DNA from: Phoronis australis
Taxonomy: Eukaryota; Animalia; Phoronida
Assembly: GCA_002633005.1 (NCBI GenBank)
Contig: NMRA01000046.1
Location: 746,144-810,143, forward strand
Length of the DNA stretch: 64,000 nt
Direction: 5' to 3'
Below, piece after piece: positions 38,301 to 53,300 of this stretch. Each line of letters starts with the position of its first letter. Position 1 is the stretch's first letter. The notes beneath the pieces were generated by a model that made no database searches, had not been told where the DNA came from, and saw only the letters and a program-made list of their open reading frames with translations. The translations under genes and the position numbers were made by a program.

Positions 38301-41300
38301 TATACTATATGTAAAACTTCACTTTCAGAGGAACTGACATGTTTCCAGCAACAATAGCAAAAAGAAAAGGAGAAATTATGCTTTCATGTTCGAGTATATT
38401 GAAGTCTTTATATAAAATGCATACAGTTTGACGTTTCAAAGATGGCTTAAGATTTAGCAGAAGCATCAAGTTTTATACAAGAAAAAATATCAGCAATTTC
38501 AGACAAAAGAATAATTCTGCCAAATTGGTCACTACCATTTCCTGCAGCTTCTAACAGCATAGTGAATCCCCACAATTTCCCAAAACCTTGCCAGAAGATG
38601 GAGCTACAGTGTTCAACTAAACACAATGTAACATTTACTTAATGCTACTCTACTCTGCTATCCCATATAGTGAAGTAAACTGGTGAGAATTTACTGTAGA
38701 CGTAAGTATACTTGAAAATGATAGCAGTATTTTTTACTTTTCTGTGATTAACATGTTTCTACCACAAAACCATCCAAGAAATAACACATTTCAAACTGTT
38801 TAAACAACATGCTCTTCAAATCACTCTACTGCACTTTTATACATCATTTTGTTGTCTTATAAATGTATTCAACGGTTCTCAGACAGTAATATTCACAGCT
38901 ATTTGTTTCAGAAATCAAGCGATGCAAATTCTAAGAGGATAAAAAATAATCTTTATCACTAAAGCTGGGTACAAAATCAAAGTTTGAGATTGAACTGAAG
39001 TAAGGAAAGATATGGGCGTGCTAAATACAAAATGCTTCACATAATAATTACTATGACTAAGAGCATGGAAGGGACTCTCTATAGAAGATGCAGAATGATA
39101 TGAGAGCTCATAGAACTCCCAATACAAGAGTTTAACATTTTGAATTGAAAAACACGTTCACAAAACTAAAATGGAGCTAAGCACAACAACAAAGTCAAAC
39201 TTACACGACTTTCAATTCTCTGAGGCAGCTTGAAAAGCACAGGAATACAATTGCGTACAGCACATTTGACAATTACTTAAATCTGCATTCTGACTTGTTT
39301 AGCAGAAACTCATCAGGCCACTTACTCTCACACAATTTTATACTGGAGTGTTCTTTGCTGTGATAGAATTCCATTTCAGTTACCAACACAAGTCACAGAT
39401 AATGCATACATGCACCATTTTCAAATTAGCAATTTTAGTATTGGCCAAGCCCAATACATTCATCAGTAATTTCTGATAGTTTTGATGTTGCTATTGGTAA
39501 GGGAAAGAGAATCCTTTGGAATATTACGAGACCAATTTCACGCAAGTAAAAGATCCAATTTGATTTTCATTCTTTAAGCAGATAAACAGGGCACAATGTA
39601 CCTTTAACAAAGATAAGAGGTTTGTATAGCAACTAATGATTGTACACTTTAATAACAAGTCCTAATGTTTGCTATTTAAAAACAAGTTTAAGGCTTACAA
39701 TTTATCAAATATCTAGTGAGAATTGATCTCACCAGACTGGTCAAGTAAAAACTTAACTGTCGCGCCTAAGTGCCTCTCTTTCCTCAACTTACAGTTTCAT
39801 CAATATAATTATACCAGGCGGCACATTGTACATACCAATAAACACTACACGCTATTTCTAGTCTGTCTACTTACCTCAATAGTTGATACTGATTTTTTGA
39901 GAGCATCTCGCAGTTCACACAGATGGCGCTTCTCCACATCTTGTCGTTGTTTAATATCATTTAGTGTGCCAACCACAGAATTCACGTAACTGTTGAAGTG
40001 TTCTATAGTTTTCATTCCATCTTGAAAAAAGCTGTAAGCAATGGAAACTTATTCTGTACTGACTTCAAAGTTGTCAGATTTCAAGCTGTGCTGATGCTAA
40101 TTCTCATTTACAGTAACCACTTTGCATATTTCCACAAAGTTGAATAATTAATTTTTTCAAGAGGGGTGATATAGGTAGAATGACAGAAAATATCACAAGC
40201 CCATTGTACAAAATGAATAGATAGTTAAAAAACTGTCAGCAACCAATGTGCAAGAAACAACAAGACTTTTTAGTCATAGATACAGTATATAGAAAAATAC
40301 TGAAAATGAAATCCATAGTAAGTTTACACAATAAATAAGAAAATATTGCTCAAAATGAAATTTACTGTTGTGCATTTTAATAAGATGTTAAGGCCTAGAA
40401 CTGATATCCTAACAGTTTGCATTGGATGCCACAAAAATGTCCAGCTTAGACATCTCCATCGTGCGATTAACAATTTAAAAATTTATTAAGACAGGAATAT
40501 CTATTCATTAATAAACATACAGCCTGGTTGGACAAAAGTCTCATTTCAGTATATGCAGTGCAAAAATCACTGTTATTTGTTATTTTTGTGTCAAAATTAT
40601 TTCCTAAAAACAGTAACCTCATTACATGAAGCAGTGTGAATCAAAGGGATCAAATGGCTGTCTACGTCAACATATTAAACACTTACATAGCAAAATGTAT
40701 TTACTCACTTTTTCTGTGCTTGGTAATATTCTACCAAATGCTGTAGTAGGTCGACTCCTTTCTTTGTTTTCACATCATTTACTTTAATTAAGTACTGTAA
40801 ATTAAGAGTCATCATTTAAAGGAGCAATATGGACCTATTTGGCTGTCCATGTTGAATTCTTAACCTCTGCGCTTTAAAACCGTTACCATGATTAACCAAT
40901 CTTGAATTGTTAATGAATGAATCGGCAACTCAAGTCATGTTTAATGTATCATTTTCAAATTGGCAATTTTAAAGTTGGCCAACCCAATACATTCTGAACT
41001 ATTTTGTTGAGTCGCTTAAGCTTTCTATGTTATTGTTGGTGCCGGAAATCAACTCGTATAATGGTAAAAAGTATTTTGAGACAGGTTTCATTTTTGGCAG
41101 CTAAATACTGACGATATGCAGTTTTGAGTTACATCTCGTATGTTGGAAATATCATTTTCAGGGTGCAATATGTGGTACAGAATGATGATACAAATATGTG
41201 GTAGAGAATGATGATACAAATATGTGGTAGAGAATGATACAAATATGTGGTAGAGAATGATACAAATAGGTGGTAGAGAATGATACAAATAGGTGGTAGA

Positions 41301-44300
41301 GAATGATACAAATAGGTTGTAGAGAATGATACAAATATGTGGTAGAGAATGATGATACAAATATGTGGTAGAGAATGATGATACAAATATGTGGTAGAGA
41401 ATGATACAAATATGAGGTAGAGAATGATACAAATATGTGGTAGAGAATGATACAAATATGTGGTAGAGAATGATACAAATATGTGGTAGAGAATGATACA
41501 AATATGAGGTAGAGAATGATACAAATATGTGGTAGAGAATGATACAAATATGTGGTAGAGAATGATACAAATATGTGGTAGAGAATGATACAAATCTACA
41601 GTGCTGCAATTCAACTATTGCAACTTCTGAACAGTATTACTCAAAAAACAATTACACACAGTCCATTGATTTAGTTATTGTAGATTAACCTTTGACCTCA
41701 GTCCTGTTTTTGTATTTGTCTTCCCCGAATACAGCGAGCTTGGTTTTTGTTGACTTCAATGGCTGTGTTGTTTAATTCATTTCCCGCTATAATGTCCACA
41801 GTTATTTAGTGTAATTAACATGTAGGACAAGATAAGCAACCTGCCCCACACACAGAATTGTCCCCCACACCATCAGTTTGAACACACAAACACTATCTTG
41901 ATTACCGCAAAGACTGACGAGACCGTGTTCAATGACTTGCACAGTCTGCAAGAATATCACCTATCAAAAAACCGGTTCAAATAAATATTTAGTGCCATAA
42001 TAAATTAAAAGCATGCATGTGTATTTTTGCAGCAAATTTTAATGTATTTGTTATTTTTACTCTACTAAAAAATTTACCTTCAAACCAGGTTTTGTCACAA
42101 ACACAGCTTAAAAATAAGTTCGATATGTGGATAAAGCGTTTAAATTAAAATGGGTTTTTCACAATTTTATGATTTTACATAGATACAGTAACGTTCACAA
42201 AACGCACACATTCCTCAGGCACACAAAATAGTTGAAATTCTGTTCTGAGTCCTGGAGTTAGCACTTCAGAACAAAAGCTTTTATCTCCAACTGCCTTTGG
42301 ATATATTAGGCGTGGTTAAAGCTGCTACCGCATAAACCATCAAAGAACCAAACGTAAGGTTCATACCATGTACAGTTGTAAAACTGGTCTCAAGTCCCAC
42401 ATATCATTTAAAATCCCTACATATTTCAGTGACATGGTGATCATGATCACATCATTTTCTTGTCCAAATTTATTTGATCTCTTGCAGATATTTGTAACGC
42501 GTCACATACATCAACTAACCTCACACATCTGTAGTTGGAAGACACGTCGCTCTTTCTCCATCTCCTCGACAATCTCAGCAGGTGACACCGACGTTTTGTG
42601 AAGACCAGCTAACTCTGCTTGCTTCATTTTATCCTTTTCAATCTTGTGGCTATAACACATAAAATAATGCATCTTAAAGTCAGTTTTATGGTATGAAGTA
42701 CAAACTGATCAAGTAAACACTGGGAAATGAGGCACAAAACAGTGCAATAAAAATGTGAGAATGAAAACGGGTTTATTATCCACGAGAATTGATTTAGAAA
42801 ACTCCAATGTACAGTAATTCTCCACTTAATTCACACCAGTTATCAAACAAAATTGACAATTTTTGTTTTCAACGGCTGATTACTTTACTGTAAATAATGG
42901 AAAACTCCTCAAAAGTTGCTTTCTGACATCTACACAGTACAAACCATGCCAGTAATAAACCGGAATTCTCTTAAACTCTGTTTTATTCTTGTGGAAAAAT
43001 TAGACTATTGAAAATGGAATTTCACTGGTTGGTCATACAGTGGGCAATGTCAGGGAAGAAATACGGTACTAAGTGATATCAGTTTTATGACGGAAAAACA
43101 CATTTTCAGAATTTTTGATGGATGGGATGGACTTCTTTAAGTTATTAGGTTTAACCAGAGCTATAAAATCACGAAATCATTGTTTTTGTGATTTCATTAC
43201 AAATCGTTGATTTTCGCTGTTGTCTGCCAGACATTAATTGAACTAAAGGTCGGTAACTTTACCACTTGTAAATATTCTCAAAATACTCTGCCATCTATCA
43301 AGTGGATTTAACTCTGCTAGCATAGCAATAAACTGCGACCGTGGGGGTTTTAGGTTCGATTCCACGCAGAGGCTGATCTCAGAAACACCCCAACTTGTTT
43401 GCCGGTAATCTCCCTTTAAAATCTCTACAATGGCGGTAGAAGCTATGTGAAGATAACACCATCTGAGGCTTTAGTACATTTGTAAAAACCCATCCTTTGA
43501 GACAGCTCTTTAAACAAATAACAGGAATACAGCAAATTTACAGCGATCGCCAAGGTAACAGAAAGTAGGAACTGTGATACGCATGTGCTCGATCCTAATG
43601 ATTACTTACAGCTTGTTATCATATTCCTTCCAAGCTTTGTCAAATGGTTTCTTCAAGTCACCTTTCATTCCTTTCAGGTCTCCCTTAACAAAAGAGTCAA
43701 GAGGAAACATGACGATGTTGTGAAGATTCTGCATCATGTTTTTCATCAGGGCCGACAGCTCTTTGGTGACCACAGAGAACTTTAGGAAGGCAGCACCTAA
43801 TGACACAAAAATCATAATGAAAAGCTTCCAATATGTACTAACTAAAAAGGCATACTCTTAACATCCTAATTACCACTTGGACAATAGTTATTTACAGGGA
43901 TCCTGGATTTTGAGAACCAGTTTGATGGCTGTAATTCAGTGGAGAATAACTGGTTATCATTTCGGAACCACTTCTTGAGCAAAACTTGAAGTGCTAGTAA
44001 TATCTAACGCTACATTTCATGTCCATTTATTGTTTAAAGCTACTAAGAACCAGTCTTCCATCAAATAACATACTCCTGACTTAGAAAACTAGCCTCACCT
44101 CCTAACCTTCCTTACTTATTTGACAATGACTTGGAAAGAACTGAGTGCACCAGGGATGATCTCAAGCAACAACAATCTCACACTTGTTTCCAAGCCCACG
44201 ACTACCCTAGAACAACTTACACTAGAGTGTCAACACACGTACACATGCACGCACGCATATTCGATGATGGTAAAGCGGAAGTTATCATTCTGTGTGACAA

Positions 44301-47300
44301 TGAACACCTAATGCCAATATGCTGTGCAAGACAAAGCCCATCTGTATGTAACTACCCCACTTTTGTGGCCACAGGATTACAAGTGGCGCATTACCCTACC
44401 ACAATAATGTGGAGTAAGTTGCCACAAGTGGGGTAAGTTGCGTTAATTTAAATAGCGTCCAGACAGCACTAAAACCTAGCGACAACACGTTCCAGGAATA
44501 ACTTGCGCTAAAGTAAATCTGTGTGTGGACGGTACTTAACTTATTGTAAGAACTAAAGTTACATGTATCACCCTTCAAGGTAGGCTTCAAATGTGGAATA
44601 AAAACAAGTGAGAAAAACCACTCAAGAACTTAACACGGATAGTATGCCATGAGAATATAGGTTTTAAAATTGATTTGCAACTGAGAGACATCCTATGACT
44701 GAACTAAACCACTCAAATTTCAGAAGGGCTGGTCAGCAGGCCTTTATGCAGCGTATGTCCATTTGGACGCCCTACCACTAATCTGGACGCCCTGGCAAGG
44801 ACGCCCTAAGAATCATTTGGACGCCCACTGTCAATAGGAAACTCAAGTTTGGACTCACACATTATAATGAATACTAGGAAGGCTCTGAAGGCTCACAGTG
44901 GGGGCTCTTTTTCAAAGCAGGAAGAAATATACAATGTATATACAATGTATATATAATGTTGCTATGCTCAAACTTGGTTGATAGCATTGTAAAATCTTCT
45001 TGGTCTACAGTTTTTTTTTAGTAAAAATACTCACTACAGAAGGCTGTTTTGTAAACTTAGATGTAAAAACCTTGGTCTATGCATTTTTTGTAAAAAAATC
45101 TGTGTGTTTGGGGGTATTGCTGGGGGTGGGGGGGGTTACGCGTCGGAATCATGGACGCCCTGGAATATTGGGAACTCCATTTTGGACACCCTATTTTCGA
45201 AATCCTGGATAAAGGCCTGTTTGTCAGCCATACGATTTCCTGAAGTAACATTTGACTTTGGCCTGGGTGTTCTTCATGGTAGAAAAAATAAAGCTCAGGA
45301 AGTGTCTTAAACTGATTTTGCAGGGGGTAAGTGGCTTAGTTTTAATTTTATATTTCCGGACAGCTTAACAGAGGGAAATGCAGTTTAAATGGTCACTGTT
45401 TCTCATGACACCAGGAAGTGAACAAGATGATGTTTGTATTGATGACTGTACAAATTTCAACCTTCATTAATATACCACACAGTTGTGAAAGGACTCATGA
45501 AAAGGATCAGAAAACATGACAGGGGACCATGAGGAGGAGGTTAACAATAGGAACTTCCAGGGCACAACAACAGATGAAAGACTTTTTCTAACATGTGTTG
45601 ATGGCTTGCTGGTTTACTGACAAAGGGGGCATTTCTGAATTGTTTTCTTAAAATTTCGATACAATCCATACAAAGTTTTATGTTGTTTGACTTTTCATAA
45701 TCATCATTTTTACATTTAGTTTTCTGCATAGTTCATGGCTACCTATGTACTTTTATTAGGTGAAACTTTTAAATCATTCTGCCACAAACTATTGTGGGAT
45801 TACCACCAATTTAATTCCAACTGAACACATTTTCAACAAGGCCACCAACACCTAACCTAAATTCCAGGCTCAACTTAGTTTGTCTTAAATATGGTTGACT
45901 AATTTGAACAGACTATGATAACATTTATTGCCATGAAAAAGGAATACTTCACAGCAATTGTTATCAAAGTGATAAAAGAAAATACTCTGACCAAGTGACA
46001 TTTGGCAAAGTCTGACTGAATGGAATACATCAAGGAGGAGGAAAGACACACTTCCTTGCATGACAATACTGATGTCACCATTCAGAGACCAGATGTTACC
46101 ATGGATATTACTGACAGGCCCACAGCAATCACAAAACTGCAAAGATAGGTGACTTTGATGACATGAACCATGGACACAGCAAATGATTTCAGAAATATCC
46201 ATCAAAAGACAAGGAGATACAGTGACAGAAATAAAACAAAGAAAAGGCAGTCCTTGGAAAATCTCAAATAACTTGAGAACAGTAAGTTGTAGCTAGAAAC
46301 AGGTGACAAAAAGACCTTGATGAGATCTATCCATATCAAGTTTTAGAAGATTCCTTTAGAGGACTGTGGAGCTAGGGTTTCATAAATGATTACTATAAAA
46401 ATGTCAGTCACGGCACCATCTTGCATCTGATTATGTGCCAAAACAACTTTTTTTTTACCATGACAGAATCTGCGTGTAACTTTCATGTCAATCAAACGAA
46501 AAAATGTCACCTGTAGCGTGCGCATGATGCTCATTAGCAGCGAGGAATCGTCCAATGAAAGTCATCAAATCAGAAATTCTCAAATAACGAGCAACAAATA
46601 GATGGCACAATGTAGATCGTGCATGATCAGATCTATCCCCAGACCAAACTTCAGAGACATCCGCCAGAAATACAATATGAGAAATCAATCAACAAAAGGA
46701 CAGTCTTAAGTAACTCGAGAACAGTCCTAGTGAGAAACAAATGACACATTCCACATAGACTTAATGAGAACTAACTAAATTCAGAAGATTTCTAAAAGGA
46801 TTGCACAGCTACAGTTCCACAAAAAATCGAAAAATGGCCGGTACAATAAATTCACCCCAAAAAATAGCCTCAAGGTTTTAACAAAACACATGCTGTGTGT
46901 TAATTTCGTGTGGACTGCACGAAAAATGTGACCTCTATTGTGCATTACAAACAAACAAACAAAAACAAACTTCTGACAAAGCAACATTCTTGGAGAAATT
47001 TCATTTCATCAAGTAATAAGGGCTATTTCCAAAAGCAACTTTTCATTAAAATCTTCTTCAACAACAATATTCAGCTAAATCAACTTCCGTTCCAATAAAA
47101 CCAGTCCACAACTTTATCTTTGGGTTGATACTTTCACATGTCTCATTGATGGACACAGAAACAAGACCAATCCGCACAGCCTGCAGTGTTTAGATCTTAA
47201 GTCATGTAGGATTGTAGTGTATCAAACAGCAAAAGCCTGCAGTGTTTAGATCAGAAGTCATGTAGATTGTAGTGTATCAAACAACATGTCTTATTAATTA

Positions 47301-50300
47301 ACCAAGGTGTTAATTAACTTACTCATGCCTAAATACACTGAATTCAGATTCACATTCTCAGCATGACCATTATCAGCAATTCTGAACAAATTACTTATTG
47401 AGAGGGATAGCAACTTGCATCCAGCAGGACTGTGTTTCTATGTAAACATTTATGTGTTGATAAACTGGGGTTATTTTGATTCATCAGTAATCCAGTTACA
47501 AGCACTGGCAAGATTCAGACTTAGCCAACAGATTGGGATAGACTTACACCACAACCAGGGTTTGTCTTACTTGCCAGTCTGAAAAACCAAATCAAAACTA
47601 TGCCACTGGCCTCTAGTCTTAAAATTTTCCTTAACTTTTGAAAAGACTCCCATTTTTGGTGACACGAAGAACATCCAGAGCCTTTACAATTAAAAAATGC
47701 TTTAGATAAATAATCTCAGGGGTTACGAGCCATTCCAAAATTTGACCCCTGTAATTCAATCGTGGGTTACCTTTCAATTCAAATAGAATGTTTTGCCAAG
47801 GAAGTTTCCATATTTAGTTTGATCAGTTTAAAGGAGCTTTTACAAAAGTTTATCTATGTCAAGGACAGAACACTAATGGAAGTGGATCAGGGCAGAAGAC
47901 ATTCATAGGAGGCCAGTCAGTGCATGCTCAGACGTTCATAGGAGGCCAGTCAGTGCACGCTCAGACGTTCATAGGAGGCCAGTCGGTGCACGCTCAGACG
48001 TTCATAGGAGACCAGTCGGTGCATGCTCAGGTTAACAACAGCACATCCCCAAAAATTTGCTATTATCAATGTTTTAGCATCACGACAATATGAAAAGTTT
48101 GGCTTTCAGCAACAGGAGCATGAGCGAAATACATTCCTGTTCCTTGTGACTCTAATGTTTGTGAACTATGACATTTGAATAGCTTCTTGCAGACATAATG
48201 TTTAGAATCAGTGACAAAATGAAGCTAAACAACAGTAAATGACAATTCGTAGATATGGCACGAAACCCATCAACCGTACGTACACTATTGCGCAAGTCCA
48301 TTTGAAATGTTCCTTATCACCTTACCACCACTTTGTGTTCAGATGTAGAGTTGACATGGCACAAGATGATCAGGCACAACTTACCCTACCTAAGAAATGG
48401 GTGACAAAAGTTGGCATTGTGGTATCAATTTACTATGTGTTGCACACATACCTGCACCCAATCATATCGTTCCATGTCGGTACTTCCGTGTCAACTATTG
48501 TCATGCCCTTTATTACTAACTTAACTCTGGTATGAGCAAAGCATCAATGAAAACTGCAAAGTTACTTGAACTTTTCATACCAGCTTTGGTAGTTAACGGT
48601 ATTGAAGTAAATGGTAGGTGATGCTGCCGCCATTGAAGCAATCGCAAGGTAGTGCTGACGCATAAAATAATGTTTCAGGAAGACTGAGAAACAGTGAGTC
48701 TTTCGGTCCATGTGTGGTGAGATTTTTTAAGACAAGTTGAGAACATTTTCGTGCGATAATTGATATAAAATTTATTTCTAATTCAACTGAGCTAAATATT
48801 AACAAATATTAGACGACACTACCCCTTGATGACGACAACAATTACTCCTGGTGATAACTTCGATGATACCAAAGTTGACCATTGAGACCGTTTTGCAGCG
48901 TCGACGCTCTGGTGATAAATCATCTAGTTTACTACAAAGTTAACTGGGGCTGTTAACTTCAATCCAGGACCAAAGTTAACCCTTCATATTGACCTCACTA
49001 CCTATAACATCGATGCCTCCCTCGACATTACCGACATTATCGTAGTATGAAAGGGCCTTATCAGGTTCACGGATACCATTAGAAAACCCCTTGTAGTCTG
49101 TCAATAGATTTGTACAGTTCCTGTTGTCAAGAGGCCAGGAAATCTGATCAGAGGTCCTACGGTGAACAGCAGAGCAATTACCACATTAGCGATGTCTTCA
49201 TAGCAATGAAACACTGCAACTAAAACATGGACTAAAACTGGTGATTATTCCAACTGCTTGCCTTCTAAAGTCCAATTACTAGTAAAATGTTAAATCAGGG
49301 TAATATTTAATTGAAAAAATACAATAAAAATTAGTCAAAATAGATTATTAGGTTTCAGTTCTCAGGTACCCATTGATGAATGGTTTTAGTAACTCTTTGA
49401 ACCGTGGTCGATAATTGGCCTGCACATCATGACACTGGGCAAAAGTACATGGAAAGGCTTAACAATTTAATAGATTGATATCTGGATTGGCCCTGATTTA
49501 GAAAACGATGTTGTCTGGAGTTGAAACGAAATGAGAGGTTTCTATAATCAGTAACAAGCACCACTGAAGCCATATGGGCACTAAGAGTCCACCTGTCCAT
49601 TGTAATGACAAGTAAATGTTTGTCATCACTTAGGAGCAGTTGCTTGCCCCAAACAGTAAAAGGCCTTTCCTACTGGCTCTGAAGCTTTTGTGTTGCCGTA
49701 GCGGCGTAGCTTCGATCATAATAACACTTAACTTCGGTCTTAAATCGAAGTCAACAGCGCAATTTAACTCTGAAGTAAAGAGGAGGATTTAACAGCAAAG
49801 ACATTTTGCTGCAATGGGAACACATAACTTTGATGACATCGGAGTTATCAGCAGGGGTCACTGCCTGCGTTTGCTAACAGCGGGCAGTGGCTGGTTACTT
49901 TCTGTTAATACTTTGTTGTAATAATTATTATTTTGGAAGTATAAGCATTCTGTTTCAATTTATAAATATTTTTGCTGGATTTTTTACATAATAACATCAC
50001 TGAACGTGCAATATATGCAAAACAAGTTTCCACCACGCCATACTGCCCTTGTTTGTAACAGCTGCTAGCCTGCTAAAGAGTCAAACTTTTTATTGTCATT
50101 TTCTACTACATCATCATCGTCCAACATGGCAACTGTTAGCTGCCTTGTGAAGTACGGTAGACATTCTAGCTTCCATCAGGGGAGAGGTCCTTGCCATTTT
50201 TGATGGCAAGCACTGTCAAAAACAGCGAAGCCATATGACCAGGCCTTTATGCAGCGTACGTTGTCCAAATGGACGCCCTAGCACTAATCTGGACGACCTG

Positions 50301-53300
50301 GCAAGGACGCCCAATGTGTCATTTGGACGCCCACTGTCAATAGGAACATTTCAAGTTTGGACTCACACATTGTAATGAATATTAGGAAGCCTCTGAAGGC
50401 TCACAGTGGGGGCTCTTTTTTAAAGCAGGAAGAAATATACAATGTATATAAAAAGTATATAAAATGTTGCTATGCTCACACTTGGTTGATAGCATTGTAA
50501 AAGTCTTGGTCTACAGTTTTTTAGTAAAAATGCTCACTACAGTAGGCTGTTTTGTAAACTTAGATGTAAAAACAGCTTGGTCTATGCATTTTTTTGTAAA
50601 AAAATCTGTGTGTTTGGGGGGATTGCAGGGAGGTGGGGGGTTACGCGTCGGAATCATGGACGCCCTGGAATATTGGGAACCCCATTTTGGACACCCTATT
50701 TTCAAAATCCTGGATAAAGGCCTGCATATGACCAAAGGTCAAATTAGCGCTGCCTTGTGATAACTTCGCTGAGCTATAATTCCAAAGCTGCTACTAATGC
50801 TTAAATTTGCAGTTAACCACAGTTAACATTGAAGCTTCCGTAGTAGCAAAGTTAAGTGTATGGGAAAGAGGCTTAATATGAAACCTACACTTGCCAGTCA
50901 ACTGCAGAAATGATCAACTCTATAATGCTCACCTATGTCAGGTTCCTGTTCTCTGGATAATGCAATCTCTCCAAATTTTTCCAAATTTTCTGACAAGTAA
51001 GCTTCATTTTTCATATGTACTGGAAATGAAAAGTCAATAAGAACTAAGCATGAAATCCCAGCATCAGGTTTGCTCATAAAATACTAAGTAGGAGCACTTC
51101 ATACATAAAACACAGGTGCAAAAATGCAAAACACAGAGTTAGCAAAGGAGGCATACCTTCAAACACGTTGTTTGCTTGAGAGTTCAATGCAAACTGATTG
51201 CACAAATATTGTGATGATGAGTAAAATCTTGTACTTTAACAGAATCGTTTGTAAATGGAAAAGCAACAGACAGTTTGTCCTTCATATCTACATCACCATG
51301 CTTTTGTTTGAAGGTATGACAACTTTCTATCTAAGGTCAAGGTCACTGCTTTGTTCAAGCGGAAACACTGCAGTTCAGATTTTGTATGTTATATCTCAAA
51401 ATTTAGTTACAGTAAAATGTTTAATGAAGTGTGTCAATGAGTGTGTGTGGGAGGGGGTGAATGAAAGCCCCGCCCCTTTTCCTTGTTCACCCTTTAAAAG
51501 TTGTCTTCTGCATATGAACTGTTATTAGTGTATTGTTGAATATAATAAAATATTGAAAAAAGAAGAGGTTACAATAAAATCTCACCAATTTCAGACAAAA
51601 ATAATAATAATTACCAAATATATCTCTAATATGGTTGTGAATGTTCAAATTTTCAAAAGATGATTCTATAGAAATTTACTAGTCGGCCATATTGTGTCCT
51701 AAGTGGTGAGATTTTACCATATCAGCAATGAGGAATATTCAATGACACTTACGATTGCCCGAGTTGTACACAGCTTTCACTGCTTTCTTCATTTTCGTAA
51801 GACTGCTCCTGTCTGATTCCATCGTCTACAAATATATGACAGAAATGTGACATCAGGCCTTCATGCAGCGTACGTCCTGGGCGTCCAAATGGACGCCCTA
51901 GCACTAATGTAGATGCCCTGGCAAGGACGCCCAATGTATCATTTGGACGCCCTGTCAATCAGAATTTCTCCAGTTTGGACACCCACATTGAAAGATTACT
52001 AAGACTCCCAGTTAATCAAAGCGGAAGTTGGCCCTTTCAACTGGGAAAGAAATATACAAAGTATTTAAAATGTTGCAATATTCAAACTATTTTCAAACTA
52101 TTTGGTAGACATGTCAATCATTAGGTTGGTTGCCAGAGTGTCTGCTTTCAATAGACTCACATGCCATTGCCATTCTGTATGTTATATAGGGACATGGACC
52201 TTGCTTAACTCCAAACTGGTGTTTCAGAGCTGTAATTTCATGTACTTCATCTTTTTTTAAAAGTACCAAAAGCAAAATAAATGTCATTATTTTAATAATA
52301 TGATGTGCCGCAAGAATATCCCCATTTAAAATGTTTGAGTTTTCGCCTGTTTCATGCTTTTCTATGTGCGTCTAAAATGGAGCAGCAGTGACACCTGTTG
52401 TCAANNNNNNNNNNNNNNNNNNNNNNNNNNNNNNNNNNNNNNNNNNNNNNNNNNNNNNNNNNNNNNNNNNNNNNNNNNNNNNNNNNNNNNNNNNNNNNNN
52501 NNNNNNNNNNNNNNNNNNNNNNNNNNNNNNNNNNNNNNNNNNNNNNNNNNNNNNNNNNNNNNNNNNNNNNNNNNNNNNNNNNNNNNNNNNNNNNNNNNNN
52601 NNNNNNNNNNNNNNNNNNNNNNNNNNNNNNNNNNNNNNNNNNNNNNNNNNNNNNNNNNNNNNNNNNNNNNNNNNNNNNNNNNNNNNNNNNNNNNNNNNNN
52701 NNNNNNNNNNNNNNNNNNNNNNNNNNNNNNNNNNNNNNNNNNNNNNNNNNNNNNNNNNNNNNNNNNNNNNNNNNNNNNNNNNNNNNNNNNNNNNNNNNNN
52801 NNNNNNNNNNNNNNNNNNNNNNNNNNNNNNNNNNNNNNNNNNNNNNNNNNNNNNNNNNNNNNNNNNNNNNNNNNNNNNNNNNNNNNNNNNNNNNNNNNNN
52901 NNNNNNNNNNNNNNNNNNNNNNNNNNNNNNNNNNNNNNNNNNNNNNNNNNNNNNNNNNNNNNNNNNNNNNNNNNNNNNNNNNNNNNNNNNNNNNNNNNNN
53001 NNNNNNNNNNNNNNNNNNNNNNNNNNNNNNNNNNNNNNNNNNNNNNNNNNNNNNNNNNNNNNNNNNNNNNNNNNNNNNNNNNNNNNNNNNNNNNNNNNNN
53101 NNNNNNNNNNNNNNNNNNAAGCATATACATGCCAATTTTCACAATCATCCTATGAGCGGTTTGGTTGATAGAGGGGTGGACGCACAAAAACAGACTCGAA
53201 AACACTAAAAATGGCCACTAGGTGGCGCAAACTATGTCGAATCCATCTGAAAACGGGAGGATAGCGTCATCTCACTAATAGGTGCCTACATACCAAATTT

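Noticed and set aside
41088-41614. Three overlapping His/Cys/Ile-rich ORFs
   Set aside because: The 23-bp minisatellite lacks stops on that strand; it is intronic
52161-52229. Possible 69-nt poison exon in ASAP intron 1 (ttacag...gtgagt)
   Set aside because: Poor polypyrimidine tract and in-frame stops; cannot be distinguished from chance
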